A DNA stretch of 64,000 nt, taken from Owenia fusiformis. Its lineage: Eukaryota. Within the stretch, counting starts at the first letter, position 1; each line of letters starts with the position of its first letter. The stretch is from assembly GCA_903813345.2 (NCBI GenBank), contig CAIIXF020000001.1:13950001-14014000 (forward strand), written 5' to 3'. Positions 22,918 to 37,900 of this stretch are shown here, piece after piece. The notes beneath the pieces were generated by a model. The model was not told the origin of the DNA and did not search any database. It saw only the letters and a list, made by a program, of their open reading frames with translations. A program made the position numbers and the translations under genes.

Positions 22918-25900
22918 TTAAACAGGTGTCTCGCTGAACTTCCTCTCTCGTGCTACAGGATATAGTCGATCATCGAATGATCGTCGGAGAGGGTCAGCAT
23001 ATGACCGTCTTAGTGACGTAGGGGTAACTATTGGAGTAGACTTCTCCATTGATGGATGTCGCCATCTTTGGGGTGATCTCCTAGTTGTAGGGCTATGTTG
23101 CTGCATAGATGGCGTGACCATTGTCGGAATTTGGAGACCTCTCATTCGCTAAAAAAGAAATTACATTTTATATCATATTGACTGTAAAAACAAATACTAC
23201 ATAATTGGCCAGAGCATTTGTTTTTTGCAACATGTTAACTCAGATTAAACTGTCTCACTTAATTAAAAAACGACACCTTTTTCTAACTAACCCCAACATA
23301 TTTTTGTTACCATATGCATGCCCCACAATACAACAATGACTTTCACTATGTTCAACACAGAATGTGAATTTTTCCATCAAAATTCAAGCTTAGAATATGT
23401 TATTTTTTGGGAAGGATAGATCCCCTTTACTTAAAGGGCAGCCCCTAAGTACAAAATGAAAGATGAAAATAAATATTCTCAATTTTATGAGATATTATTA
23501 TACTATGTATTCTGCACATTTTAATGAAACCTACCTACAAACTGAGGTATCAAAACAACATCCCAGACCAACTATTTGATGCATTAATATAAATTATAAC
23601 AGAAATTATTATTAGGAAATTAAATCAAAATATTCATTTTCACTATGAACAATTAATTATCAAAAATAACCAACATTATTAACATTAACAGTACCATAAA
23701 TGAAGGAAATCAAATATTTTGTAGGGCTTCAAACATGCAGACATGCATTATATGTTGTTAGTATTCAACACTGTAACAATGTATTATAAGCTACATTTAA
23801 AATTTTTAACGTAAAATCGAAAATGTAGCAAGGGAATGGGCATTTAGATTTAAATGATATTATTATTCAATAACATTCAAAAGGGGCCAGGTCCTTCCTG
23901 ATAGGGCCTAAGTCACAACCACTTGCATCCATTATAGCATCCAGTATCATATATATTAATATGTCTGCAGAAAAGAAAAAACATCATCAGACACTCCAAG
24001 TTCAGGGAATGGGAACACAAAATTAATCATAAGGCCGGAAGAGATAATTCAAATACAGCTGTCAGTGAAAATTCTGTTTTTCAAATTAGTTGTTATTTTT
24101 TGCCTTGGAGTGTCTTTTAGTCAGTAAAGGTTAGGCAGTAATTTGGGCTTCATTCTTATAAACTGGTCACCTCTTCCAGATCCTCATTTCCAGCGTGAGA
24201 AACGAGACTTTGTTCTTCCACGACGTTCCTGCAGAATTCAATATGATTTTACATAAGAGTTTCAAAACTCAAACACTACATAAAATATGCACATAAGCAA
24301 CACCTGTGTATCTCAATTTTATTGTTATGTTATTAATTTCAGAATTACCTTTCCTAAATATGCCATACATTGTGAAACAGAATCATGGCTCTCAATTCTT
24401 GAATCATTAAAGTGCAATGAAAATTCTACAATTGCTTGTGCTGAGCTTTTAATAAGTGTTCTTATATCTACAACTGGATGGGTGGTTTTACAGTTCTAAA
24501 GTTAGGCTAATTAATATGTGTGTAGACTTTGGAATGTGAAAATATTTGCATCTTACCGATTCGAACTCCCCATCTCTTGGACTTGTCGCTGAAGTAGCCC
24601 TTGAGAGACGTGAGGAGATACTACTCTCACTAGATTCACGTGTCACCGAGGGGGTTGTTGATGATGAAGATGGAGACAAAAGGGTCTGAGATGGGGTTGT
24701 GGGGGAAGGTTTCGGAGAGGGCTTTGCTTCTCGTGATAAGTCAGGTTTAGATCCCCGATCTTTTGATCGATCTCGGGATCGAGACCGATTTCTCCTCCCA
24801 GGGATTAGCTTAGCAATGTCCAAACTGAAAGATCTTCGGTAAGGCTTCTTTTTGGTCTTTGGTTCAGGTTCTGATGGCACTACTGGTGTTGGCTCTTGCG
24901 AAGTGGAGGGAGCAGCTGGAGCTACAAGACTAAGTCCTGCTTGCCCTATGGACTTTTCTGTATTGGAATTCTCAAGACTGGAAGACTTCTGAAATAGTTT
25001 ACGTCTTGCTCTCACTGACAAACCGAATACTGATGATTTGGATTCTTTCTCATCCTTGGAAGATTTAATTGATGTTTCCGAAGTGGATTGGCCCATAGCA
25101 CCTTTAGCACTGTCCTCTGATTGTCTGTCAGAGTCATCTGGCTTCATATAGTCAATGTCCTTAACACTAGTCCGTTCACGTTTTGATTTGGAACCACGCC
25201 TATCAGGCAAAGACATAAACCAATCACTCTTATTATAATCATCATAGAAAACCTGTCTTTGAGATCTCGGTGATGATTTCTGATGATCAGAATGTTCAAC
25301 AGTAAGAGTATCAGTTTTACTTCTGCCATAACGTTTTTGTACTCTGGGTTTGGAAGTATCAGATCCACCAGATGGGGTGGGCGAATGGTCCATTATAGTG
25401 CTCCCAGGAATCACTGGGCTCTCATCACCTCTCTCATCAAGAGAGGCACTTTTCTGAAGCATTGGTCTATCCTTAGTAAAGTACTGAATTTGTTCATGTT
25501 TAAGTTTATCATACAAATGTGACACATTCTCTGATGTAAGAACATCAGCTTGATAACGATCCTTAATTTCTTCATAACGTGTTGGGGTACTAGGGACTGA
25601 CCCTGACCTAGAGCCACTGGGGCGGATGAGGAATCCTCTTGGTGGGTCAGGATAGTTTGTCACTTTCTTAACAGGGGACAATGGACCCCTTTTCCTGTCA
25701 GGTGACCCAGTCCGTGATCCTGTTGCACTCTGGGTACCAGATGTATAAGCGCCATAGCGGGAAGTTGGTCGACTGCGGATTGGTCTAGAAGATGTTAAGC
25801 CATATGATGATGGGATTTCTTCCACCTCGAATGACGTTCTCTCTGTGTCAGAGATTAATGTGCTTATATCTGTGGGTGGGGTCTGCTGATATAGCGCTTG

Positions 25901-28900
25901 GTTGCTCATGTCCAGCTCAGATGATGATAAAGTCCTGCAATAAAACATTGTTTGTTTGTTATACCAATGACTCAAGATCACGTTCAGGGAGAGATTGTAG
26001 GCTCAGTTTTGAAACCATTGAGACAATCATTGGTTGATACCAGTTTTTGGATGGAATATAATCACTACTGAAATGAAACTAGTTTCGACTGTAAAATTAT
26101 AATGGAAATCATAAATCCAGATTGTACAGTAATGAAATCAATCTTATTCTGTTTTACTAACCTTCGTAGTGGTAATGGTTCACCATTTTCTAGTTTCTGT
26201 TTGTAATCACTTAGGTCATCTGTGACTCTCTCTATTTGATTCAGGGCCTATAACAACAAACACAACATTTTAAATAGTACAGGTAGAATTGCCCTCGCCT
26301 CCACCAAACTCATTAACAATTGGTATGTTGATGAATAGATTCATCACATGATGATACCCGTAACCCATTTTAAGTTGTGTATCCTTGTATCATGCACACT
26401 CAACACAAAGTGAAGATTTTCTTCTCAGAAGTCATGCATTATTTAAACAAATTGATATATTGTAATATGGTGACAGAATAAATGGCAAGAATAAAACTTT
26501 CAATATTTCAATCAATCCACAGTCAGATTGCATCCTTGTTAATTGTATATAAGAAAAAGGAAATAAGCACAAATTGAAACACACTCAGGTGTGTATAAAT
26601 TGTATACTGTGAATAGTACATGTGCTAATTTTCATAAAATGACATAAATGCTCCACAATATAGGTTTCCAATACAGGACCCTGTATATAAAATGATTTAA
26701 ATTGATATCCTCTTTTTCAATATGGACATGCAGGACATTCCTTATTTTATTTTGATTAAATGTGTATTTTCAATCAAATGAAAACCATGTGATCATCACT
26801 GATTTCCAACTTGATTGAAATACACAACGGCAGAATACCTACATCTATGGTATTATGGTATTCTATCTACTACAAAGGGAGAACAAAAGTTTGAGTTGAT
26901 AAAAGAGGAAGGAAGCTATAAGTAAAGTAGATAATCTTTTACACCCAAGGTTCATATCATTAATTAGCCTTAGTTGTAAACCTGCATAAAGAAAGAAATA
27001 GTTGATATCTAAGAGGGTCTAAAAAGAATCCCGATACAGTGATAGATTCAGTGGTAAAATAAAGTAGGCACAATTTGCTATGGAAGCTTTTCAAGCATTC
27101 AGGTATAAAAATTCTTATATACATGAATGTACATATATACATACATATACTGCAATATTGGCTTTCATAGCTAAACAATTTTGCATAAGGATTTACATGT
27201 ATTGAAGAATTAAACAGAAAGGCACCACAGTGATATAAAGAAAAAGTGGGTATTAAAACATAGATGCTTATGTATAATTCCATACCTGACCAACTCTGGA
27301 TGCCAAGCGCTGAAAAGTTACATAAAAATAAATAAAACATAGCAAATCATAATTTGCATTTATCGAAATGGACATGAACCATTTCACAAAGCAATTGTAT
27401 TACAAACAGTTGAGTAAATGTTATACTCAAACAAAAGAGACATGAATCGCCACATACACTGTAACACACTGACTTACATTAAACATTTAACTCAACTTAC
27501 GTCATCAAGAGTTTTTGCCAGTTCCATTTCTTCCCTGTTGTTTCTGTCCCTGGGGGGTATATAGAGAGACAGACCAGGCCTGGACTTGCTGGGGGAGGCT
27601 TGGGAGGTGGAGTAGTGCTCAGATTTAGTCATTTCTTCAATTACAGGAGTTATAGTCTTCAGCTTTTGCAACTGAAAAATACATACATGACCTGTCATGA
27701 AAAAACATTTGAAATACAAAGCAATATTCACAACCCTTTAAAACAATTTGAAACATGTTTGAAACTGACCTATTTTTATGTAAACTCTATTTTAAACAAA
27801 TGGATAAACTACAAATGGAACTGTTTGTTCTGATTTCATGTTTCTTTAAGTTTACTCTTTGTTTGTGCTATGTTTTCAAATTGAGCACAAAGGCCAAGAT
27901 TTGCATTTGTTTGTGCCTAGTTATAATGAATTATGTAATAAACAACACTTGTATGCAGATTTTGAATCATCATCTTTACAGTAGCTAAACCTTATACAAT
28001 ATACTGTATAGGATACGTATACAATATACTACCTCTAGGATAAGATCATCTATCTTTCTTTTGTCAGACTGCTGGACCTTCTTGCTGTTATCTATACTTT
28101 GTCTCAGTTCTTTCCTCTCTCTTTCCCACTCCATACGCTCAGATTTAACGTTATTCTGGGCAGACTCAAGTTTCTTCTGTAGACTCGTGATTTGTCTGAC
28201 TTTCTCTTCAACCTAATTCATTTAGAAGACAATAAAGATTTTTGCAATTCATGTATTGGTATCCACAATTTATTAGATGATTCATATTAACTACAAGTTT
28301 CTCAATCAGTATTTTACAGATATAGATATGTGAGACCATGAAATCGTTATGCCAAACGTCTTTTACATCACAGTTCAATAGCCATTTGTAAATATTTAAT
28401 AAAAATCATTATTGGTGTTTATGAATTATAGGGAAACCTTGTAGCATGACCCGAGTTTATCACATGTTCTTCACATTATTTTGTCTTGATCATTGATTGC
28501 TCACCTCAGCATTTTTATCCATCATTTTCTTCCTCTCATTCTCCCACTGTCGTTCCTTTGATTCTAACTTGCCCAAAATTTCTCTTTTGTCCAACTCCCT
28601 AGACCTCTCACTTTTCTGAAGCTGTTTCTCCAGGTCTACAGCATGGCTGTGGGACTTATCAAGTAGTTTCTTTATTTCAGTGTGCTCTTTCTCCTCTCGA
28701 CTTTCGAATCTAACACGCTTTGGAACAGTTCCTTTCTGGTTCTTTAGTTGTTCCTCCAACTGGAAAGTTAAACCAGACATTTTTTCACCTATTGTCTTAT
28801 TCAGTAAGAAAATTGTCATTATGAGAAGTCATCATGATGTTATTATTAAATATATATGAAGGCTACAAAGGCTGTGAATGAAGGGGACAGATCAAGAAAA

Positions 28901-31900
28901 TGCTAAAACAAAAGCTTATGTTAAAATCAATTGTACATGTGATGTACTCATTTGTTTCATAGAATCCTAATCATTAATCAGGTCATCTATACAGGGAAAA
29001 ACTGCCTTACTTGATCTATTTTATCCTGCATATTGACCCTCTGTATTTCCCATGCTGTCTTCTCTGTTGTTAGCTTATTATCCACTTCTTTCCTCTGTCT
29101 TTCCTCCCTGGACACAAGTTCCTGTAGTTCCTGAATCTTCTTCTCAAGCTCTTTCACACTCCTCTTCTTCTCTTCCATCTGTCAATGAAGAGTAATTAAT
29201 GATGAAGCTTACATTAGTGGCCACATTTCTAATGATAACAATTAATATATATCAGTACACATATCAATTGCAATATTAAGATGTTGCCCAATACAATATT
29301 GAAGAACCTTTTGCAAGAATTTCACCTTAGTTCAGTCTTTGAATAAAATAATTGTCAAGTGTACAACATTTTACATTTAGTTACAAATATTGTGTAACAT
29401 AAATCAGAGAAATAAACCCGACATAAAACAGAGAAGTTTCAAGACACATTTGTTTGATTGAATAACAGTTCACTTCACCTCTTTAGTAGCTGAAATAACT
29501 CTACGGTGCTCTCTCTCCCAGTTGTCTGTTTGTGTATCATGCTTGGTTTTAATTTCATCAAAATTCCTCTGTGCTGTTCTTAACTGGTCTCTTTGTGTGT
29601 CATTCTGCTTCCTCAGACTCGTTGTCTCACCTGAAAATAGCAATCAGTTGTTAAGAATGAGGGTTCATATTGGTTAATTAATAGTTTGAAAGAGGCTGTT
29701 GAGTTGGACCCACCAATCACCTGGGGAACCTCTGAACCCAACCCCAAAGGCCTAGTGGGGGACTCAGACTATCAATCAAATGCTAACATAGAGGCTGCTT
29801 TTAAGTTACCGTTTTTGCATCTTTATACACTTTTATCTATGGTAACGCTAACTTGCCATGCATGTAATTATAATATGATCTATTATAGAGATGTATATCT
29901 ATTTTAGATAATAAGTTATCTTTTTCTAGATTTGAATTGCTTATTTACATCATCAATACAGATATACATCTGATGTTGAACATATACAAATTTAATGCAT
30001 TCAATTTTGTTTCATATTCACCTTCCAAAATCTCAATTTCTTGTTCCAGAGTTCTCATCTTTGATGCATATTTAAGTTGGATCGCTTTAGTTTCTGCCTT
30101 CAACAGTTTCTCTTCTCTAATGACTCTATCAAGCAGATCCTTCTTTTCCTTATGCCAGCGTTGTTCTGCTAGCCTCATTTGCTCCTTTGTGACATCAGAG
30201 CCCTTACTTGCTGCAGCCAAGGCATCATTGTTTTTGGATATCTGGAATGAATGTTATCATCAGATATATCTATGAATATGTAACGTTTAAGTACTAATGG
30301 AAAAATGGTTACAGAATACAGCAAGAGAAAGAAAACATCTAAGAGTAACAAGTCATAAGGAAATTAAATTCCAATTATCACAAATAAAGTATGCTTGAAA
30401 TATTTTAGTTGATGAATTCAACATTATTAAAAGAAGTAAGCAGTGCGAAATGTTAAAAAGTTGAACAGCTAGTTTTCAAAGTTGGTATTTTGAATTGTTT
30501 TTTATTATTCTATTTTGATTTGAATTTTATACTTTTTTAAATGTTGTCATTTAAACATTTTTATTTTAGAAATGAATGTAATACCCTACCGAGCTCTTGA
30601 GCTTTTCAATATCCTTCTGAAGCATCTTAATGATGGACATATTATCTTCTACAAGTTTGGTCTTGTCTTCAATTACTTTCTTCAACTCATTTCTCTCATT
30701 ATTCCAGTTCTTGTTGCTTTCTTTCATCTCATCACCAAGTTTCCTCAGATCCTCTTCCAGCTTGTGTTTTTCATCCATTAGGTCTCGCTTTTCCTTACTG
30801 AGTGTTTCAATAGCTTGACTTTGGCGAAATTTAGTGTAAAGTTCAGTTGAGCGAACCTTTTCTTCCAGTTGTTTGATCATGTTATCCTTGTTAGACTTTT
30901 CCCTTTCAAATTTCTTTTCCTTTGCCTTAAGACTCTCATTGACACTAGCTAGTTCTGATCGTGCAGTCTCTCGTTGCTCTTGAAGCTGTTGAACATTGCT
31001 TTCTAATCTTACTTTGTCAGATTTTAATAGTTCTATTTCCTTTTGAAGTTTTTGAGAGCTGTCTTTATTTGTTTTTTCATATGCTGAAAACCGTTCATGC
31101 ATACTCTTCAATTCTTGGTTTTTCACTTCAATGTGATCTTGTAGTGTCCTAATATCATTTTCCTTGTGATTGAGTCTCTCAATTGTCTCTTTAAGAGTAT
31201 TGTCCATAATAATTACTTTGCTTTCTTCTTTTCTTAATTTTTCCATAATTTTAGTATTGTGATCTTCCTTTTCTCGAAGTTTGTCATCACGAGATCTAAT
31301 GGTATCCTTCAGAGTTTTCATTTCATCAGTTTTTAGTTTTAACATGGAGTCTTTTTCTTTTAGTTGATCTGCACTGCGTCTGGTTTCATTTTCTCTTTGT
31401 TTCAATAAATGTTCATTTTCTTTAATGATTTTATTTTTCTCATCAACAATACTGTCCTTTTCTTTTAAAATATCTAAGTTCTTTCGCAACAATTCTTCTT
31501 TCTCTTTGACCATTGTATCCTTGCTTTTAATACTTAATTCTAGTTGTTCTATTTTGGTTTTGTATGATTGCTGATTTTCGCTCAGTCTTGATTTTTCATC
31601 TTTCCATTGTTTCTCCTTACTAGCCCAAGTGTCTTTCTCCTGAAAGTTATTTTATAGAATTTATTAGAAGCTTCTGATTATTTAATCATTCTAATTTATT
31701 AATCCATACATTAAAGTACTAAACATTCCTATCATAAAAATATATTGTTTCGTTTTGTATACCTGATGAAAATTATTTATATATTCATGGTTCGATGCAC
31801 TTCAGAATATGAACATGCTTTAAATCTACACTTCAAGAAGAGTACAACTTGTAACTAAACTCAAACATATCAAATTCCATTCACATTGCATAATAGGTCT

Positions 31901-34900
31901 TTAGACCAAGAAATATATGTAACCGGTCTTTCTATGAGTATGTACATGTAATTTATGACTTTTACCTCTTTGAGTTTCAATTTCAAGTCCTCTACTTCAT
32001 GTTTGTGTTTGGAGCAATCTTCTTTTAGTTGTCTTGATTCCTTTTCAAGTAGTTCCTTGGTCCTTGTTTCAGCCTGGAGTAGAAATAATGGGAAAATGTG
32101 AGATAAGATTTCTTTCAATAAGTCAAGTCCATGTTCAGTGGAAACTGTGATTTCTAACAATTCACGAAATACAGTGCATTGACCTAGTAATTAGAATAAG
32201 TAAAAAACCTGTACATACTGAACATTTTTTTGCTGAGAAAAAACGTTCAGTATTGGTAGATGTTCACTACAGAGAGTGTACTTTATACAGAAGTCAGTAA
32301 AGTATGTGCGGAGGAAGGGTGTCCACTAGAGACAGTTGTTCAATAGAGAGGTGTTCACTAAGACTGGTTTTACTGTATATGATATTATTATTAATTATCG
32401 ATTCATCTTTGGAACAATGAACTAAGTTGCTTTTTGTGTATCAATGTTTTTTGCTAGATTTTCTGTTTCTAATATTCAATTTACGAGTTGACCAAATACC
32501 ATTCATTAACTCACTTGGGTTCGTTCATATCCACTCTTCCATTTGTGCTGAGCCTTCTGAAGCTGAGCATTGAGGGCCTCTACATTGGCTTTGTAGTCTT
32601 CCAGCTTCTGGTTCAGCTCTTGTTTCTCTCTCTGCCAAGCCTGACTTCCAGCTAGAGTGCTCTCTGCTTTCTCTTTACTCTTACTCCTCTCATTGTCCAG
32701 CTGTAACATCAGAGTTAAGTAAGCTCTAATCGGTTTTAATTGGGTTAGTTCAATAAGTATTTCTTTTATTAATAAAATCTTTCGCTATCATGGTCTCATT
32801 CTTTTGGTTAGAAATTAGTTCATCATATTTTATTTAATCACTTTTCATATGATTTGAGAATTCTAATGTCATAAGGAATGATATTGAAGTCATTGTTCTT
32901 TTACTGTTGCCTGATCAACATAACAATCAAGCATACCACTCTGTATCACATCCCATTGATAACATTACACAAACCCCTTATTAAACACAAAATCCTTATT
33001 AAACTTACATCATTCTTTACACTTTCCAGCTCCTGTTTAAGTGAGTCTTGGTCCCCAACCTGTTTGGACAGTTCATGTTGTAAGCTTTGGTTCTGCTCAT
33101 TCACTTCATCAAGCCTTGTGTGGCATAGAAGCACCTATGAGGCATACAACTTATAATCAGACTTATTCAATATTGGCATATTTGCCAGTACAGTAAAACT
33201 AGTGTGGCATTATGTGTAAACCCATAATTACCCTCCATAAAAGTTGTACTTTAAGAAATAAGTGAAATCATCTCTTCCCTATAATCACACTACTATACCT
33301 AACACCTAGAAATGCATAAGATACTTTGTTTGTCTAATTGAATTGTTTAATATATTTTTGAAAATGCCTTACTGGCATCTAACTTTCAACCGATAAACCA
33401 TTCATAAGGAACAGACAAATAAAAACAAATACATAATCATTACTAATAAGCCAAATGAGTTGCTCATGAACACCAAATGCAAGGTATAGTAGAGTGATAA
33501 TATACTGACTATATTATACACCCCGGTTACTTCACTCACCCCAATTATGTAAACTAGATTATATTACTAACATAAATCAGAATTGCCTGATGGATAGAAC
33601 AGCTAAAATGCATGAGTTGAGTGACTGCAGAACATGGATATACATTGCCCCTTGAGTACTTCACAAATAGACTTTGGTATCGAATCTTGATCCAAATGGG
33701 TGAACATGTTATTTATTGGATTCTGATATTACTGATAAGATATAGATCCGTGTTCTCAAGAGATTTGAATAAATCCGTGCAACTGTCATTATTTTACCAC
33801 TAACTATAAAGTAAAATCATTTAAAGTTATTATGTAAAAAAATTAACTGAAATAGCAGACTGTTGACTTGAATTGTATTTAAAGTCAAAGGACAAAGATC
33901 ATCAAAATAAAAGATTAAATAAAATATCATTCAATATCATTCGAGTTGTATCGAGTTGTTTTGGACTGTCAAATTGCGTCCCCTGAAACTCCTATCACAT
34001 TATGACGTACCTCATCAGAAAGAAGCTCCTTCTCCCTATAGAGAAGACTGATATCATCACGTATGTCAGACCTTGGACTGTCCCTCAGTTCCATACGTTT
34101 CTCAGCGGCTCTGCTCCGTTGTCTCTCTTCGGCTAGTAGACGTTCTAATGATGTTATTCTCTTCATGAAGTGTTCCTGAAGTAAGACCCGAATAAAAATT
34201 GTAAAATGTTTATAAAATTAATTCATTGGATATCCTTTCACGATTGTCATTTTCTTATTTAACTGGCGTTAACATTTTCCATTTTTGGTGTAATTGTTTA
34301 TCCTTTCATTAATCTATATTTCTGACAATCAAATATCACAAGATATAAATATATTTTGATAGTTGTGGTAGATGCACCAATTTGAGAGTTCCATCTTTAA
34401 AACGTAATATATAATTTAAATAAAACTTCAATTATAGTTTTGGAGCAGACGCCTTTATAACTGATTGAGCTGGTTGAAATCCGTATTACGAATTCGAAGC
34501 ATGTCGGGGAACTCGAGTCTTATTTTTTCCATTTGCTCTAGATTGCAATTTATTAGATAATGGCTTTCACCCGCAATTACATTCATCCCATTCCGGGAAC
34601 AATCAACACTGCAACGTTAGGAAATGTGTTGTAATTTATTAAGAAACAAATTTACCCAATCCTCGTCAAACTTCCTAATCCGTTCGTCAATCGTAACGTC
34701 TTTATTTAATTTCAACGCATTCAAACTTAAACTTTTGTTCATGGTGTCTTAGATTCATCATTTCAATTTGAAATTAAAACAATTATGGTATTTTCCTATC
34801 ATGTCACGATGATCCGAATCATATCCAAATCGCAATCACCTCCAAATCCCAATCAATTTATTTTGATATCTAGATCGCCATATCTCTCAATTGGTAATGA

Positions 34901-37900
34901 AATACTCTGCGATAGAATGTTTTATATAATACTGAGGTTGGCTTAATCATACTGAGGTTCAATCCTTTTGTTTCATCTCAAGGCAGATTCTTAACTCATA
35001 AAAACTGATCAATTTTACACTAATATTGTTTTATCGGTTTAGCAGAAACGCCATCATCATTGCGTTTATGACTGCAAATGAACCGTTCGACTTTTATTGA
35101 TGGCTGTATTTCTCTGAATGCATAACTCAAATCACTTAACTTCTATCAACAGAAAGTGCGATTTAACGCGGTACATTTTGGCAGTACTGAGCACCCAGTG
35201 GATTTCTTTGGAATAAAATACCTTGGACAAGTCAAGTTGCCTTTCACGTACACTCCCCTCTATAAGTTTGGCAACTGGAATTTTTCATTGGATGGCATAT
35301 CAAAGCATGTCAATGTTTGGATCTAAATGTGTTCCTTAATTACGATAGTTCGAAAATTAATGACAAATCTGATCTTTTTAAAATCATCAACATAAACAAG
35401 GACATAAGTGATACAAAAAGAAACGTATTGCCAAACTTATGAAGGGGAATGCAATCTTGAAGCGTATTTGGTTAAAAATATTCACCATAAAAATGTTGTT
35501 CCTTATGTAATTCATACTTCATTATCGTTAGCACCTACAGTTCTTTTACCATTTTGCTAATGGATATCAGGCATATATTTTGCTAAAATGTGTTTGTGTA
35601 TATTTTGGTATCAGGCATATATTTTGCTAAAATGCAGTTGTGTTTATTTAAATGAGACCAATAGTAATATTTTCCTCTGAATCCTTTTAGCAGGCGCTTC
35701 AAACGAAACATATAAAGTAATGTTTTGGAAAATGGATACCTCCAGATATTACTCTGCCTAGTTATCTTAAGTTCAGAGCAAATACGGGGACGTCTTCCTA
35801 TGATTGGTTAGGCTAATCCTAGATTCGATCGGTGCCACTCGAATGTCTGAACCATGTAATCTTGTTTGATAGACAAGGGCCCATAGGGAATATTAATACA
35901 AATCATAATTTCTAGGATATAATTTTCTTTCCCTGTAGCTGTCACAGTTCATCAAGTGTGTCAATAGACAATAAAATCCATATATCTACGAATGGTATGG
36001 TATGTTAGAATAATGTGAAATTTCGTTCATAAGCTTTCAGAAATTGTCGTTCCACATTTTCAAAGAACGAAAACTTGAGAAATGTTGTATGGGCACTTGG
36101 CACTTGTGAGGGTTCATCTGCCCATCTATCAATTTTAATTGTATCTTTATTTCTGTTATTTATATTAAGAAAACGTGTAAATATCCACATAAAGTGTGAA
36201 AATCATTACCAATTTAGTGTCTATTGCACAATTATACTGAACATACGAATTTACTACCTTTTAAAAGGAGGGAATTGAAGTTAAGGAGTACAGCTGGTCA
36301 AAACTCGGGGAAACTAGCTGTTCTTGTGATATCCCAACTCGTGGATCATCTCAACTCCAGAGTTAAATAGATGTCAGCAAGCAACATCTTTATAGATGGA
36401 TTTGTGAAATAAGTTGTGGATTTCATGAATGCGAGCTACCCTAACCATGTTTAGCCACAACAGAGGTGATCATTGATAGTAGTCGTGTAAAATTTCCACA
36501 CATTTCCCCACTCTGTTGTTTACCTGGTCAGAGCATGCCCCGCTTTCTTCATAGAGAAATAATGAACAAAGTAAAGAACCGTATGATAAGACATGTATGT
36601 ATAAATGTTACTGACTGCAGAAGACCGTACGTTTGCCGTAGCAAAAACTGGGATTTAAATATCAATGGCGAAACTAGTTGAACTTCGTCTAAAGTGCCAC
36701 ACTTAATCAGGTTGGTGAAGAACATACATTAATTGCCAGTATAAAATGAACATATTAAGCGTACCTCCCATTCCCGTAGGACAGTTGCTGGATCGCCTGT
36801 CGTTTCACTACTGAAGACATCATCACTGACACTGCTCACACCACCTGGTGGAGAGGAGCGGGTAAACGTCATAGATGTCACTGTGTTCGTCTTCTCGGCT
36901 GTCAGCCGTTCAAGCTCCCTTTAAAACATCGGATATTAAACCATATAATTGTTATTGATTAATATTTACATTTCATTTAGTCAATCAAGCAAGCCACCAG
37001 AGTTCAGATATAATATACTTCAGGATATGCAAACGTATGTATCATGTACAAAATGAAATTAGTGAGATTGCAATACCTCTGTGCAACATCAAATCTATCA
37101 TTTACAAGTTCAACATGTTCCCATGTACAAAATAAAAGTAGTGAAAAGATCGTTTTGCAATACCCTGCGCAACATCAAATCTATTATTTACAAGTTCAAC
37201 ATGTTCCCATGTACAAAATAAAAGTAGTGAAAAGATCGTTTTGCAATACCTCTGTGCAACATCAAATCTATCATTTACAAGTTCCAACATGTTCGCAGTG
37301 ACACTTTGTTTGCTGTCTAACTGGTCTAGTTCTTCAAGGAGCTCCTTCTCCCGTTTTCTAAAGCCATCCTTCATTAGTTCTAACTCATCTCGAAAGTGTC
37401 TCACTTGGTCCTCTAGGTCGACATTGTCCTCTTCTCTACTCTTAACGATGATAAAGAGGTCAGCTGAAACAAGACATGTCTACGTATACGAATTCTTTAG
37501 AAGCACTATTTTAGTTTGATTGTGCTCATCAACTGTTCCCCTTGCGTTTTCCTCTAAAACTATGCGGATGGGTTGATATATACTATTTGAAATTATGAAG
37601 AGGACAGTTTACTTAGAGGACAAGATAAACGAGTGTATTTCAAGATTAAATTATGCACCCAAATAAAACGTGAAACCAACAGGCTTACATACTACACTTC
37701 AAAGAATTCAAATGACTAAAGATTAAAGGAGGAAGTGTATGAACCTTAGCGAAACATAGCCAATATAATGGAATTGTATTTAATTAGAACAATAAACTTC
37801 ATCGAAGGGATGCATTTGGACTTACAAATCTCTTCCTCCATTTCTTTAGCTTTTTCCCTGAGCTCACGAACTCCCAATTTGTCAAACTGAATTTTAGACT

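Noticed and set aside
34200-36400. Complex-looking unique intronic sequence, possibly a decayed gene or transposon
   Set aside because: The part I translated showed no recognisable motif or sustained frame; a blastx search would be needed.
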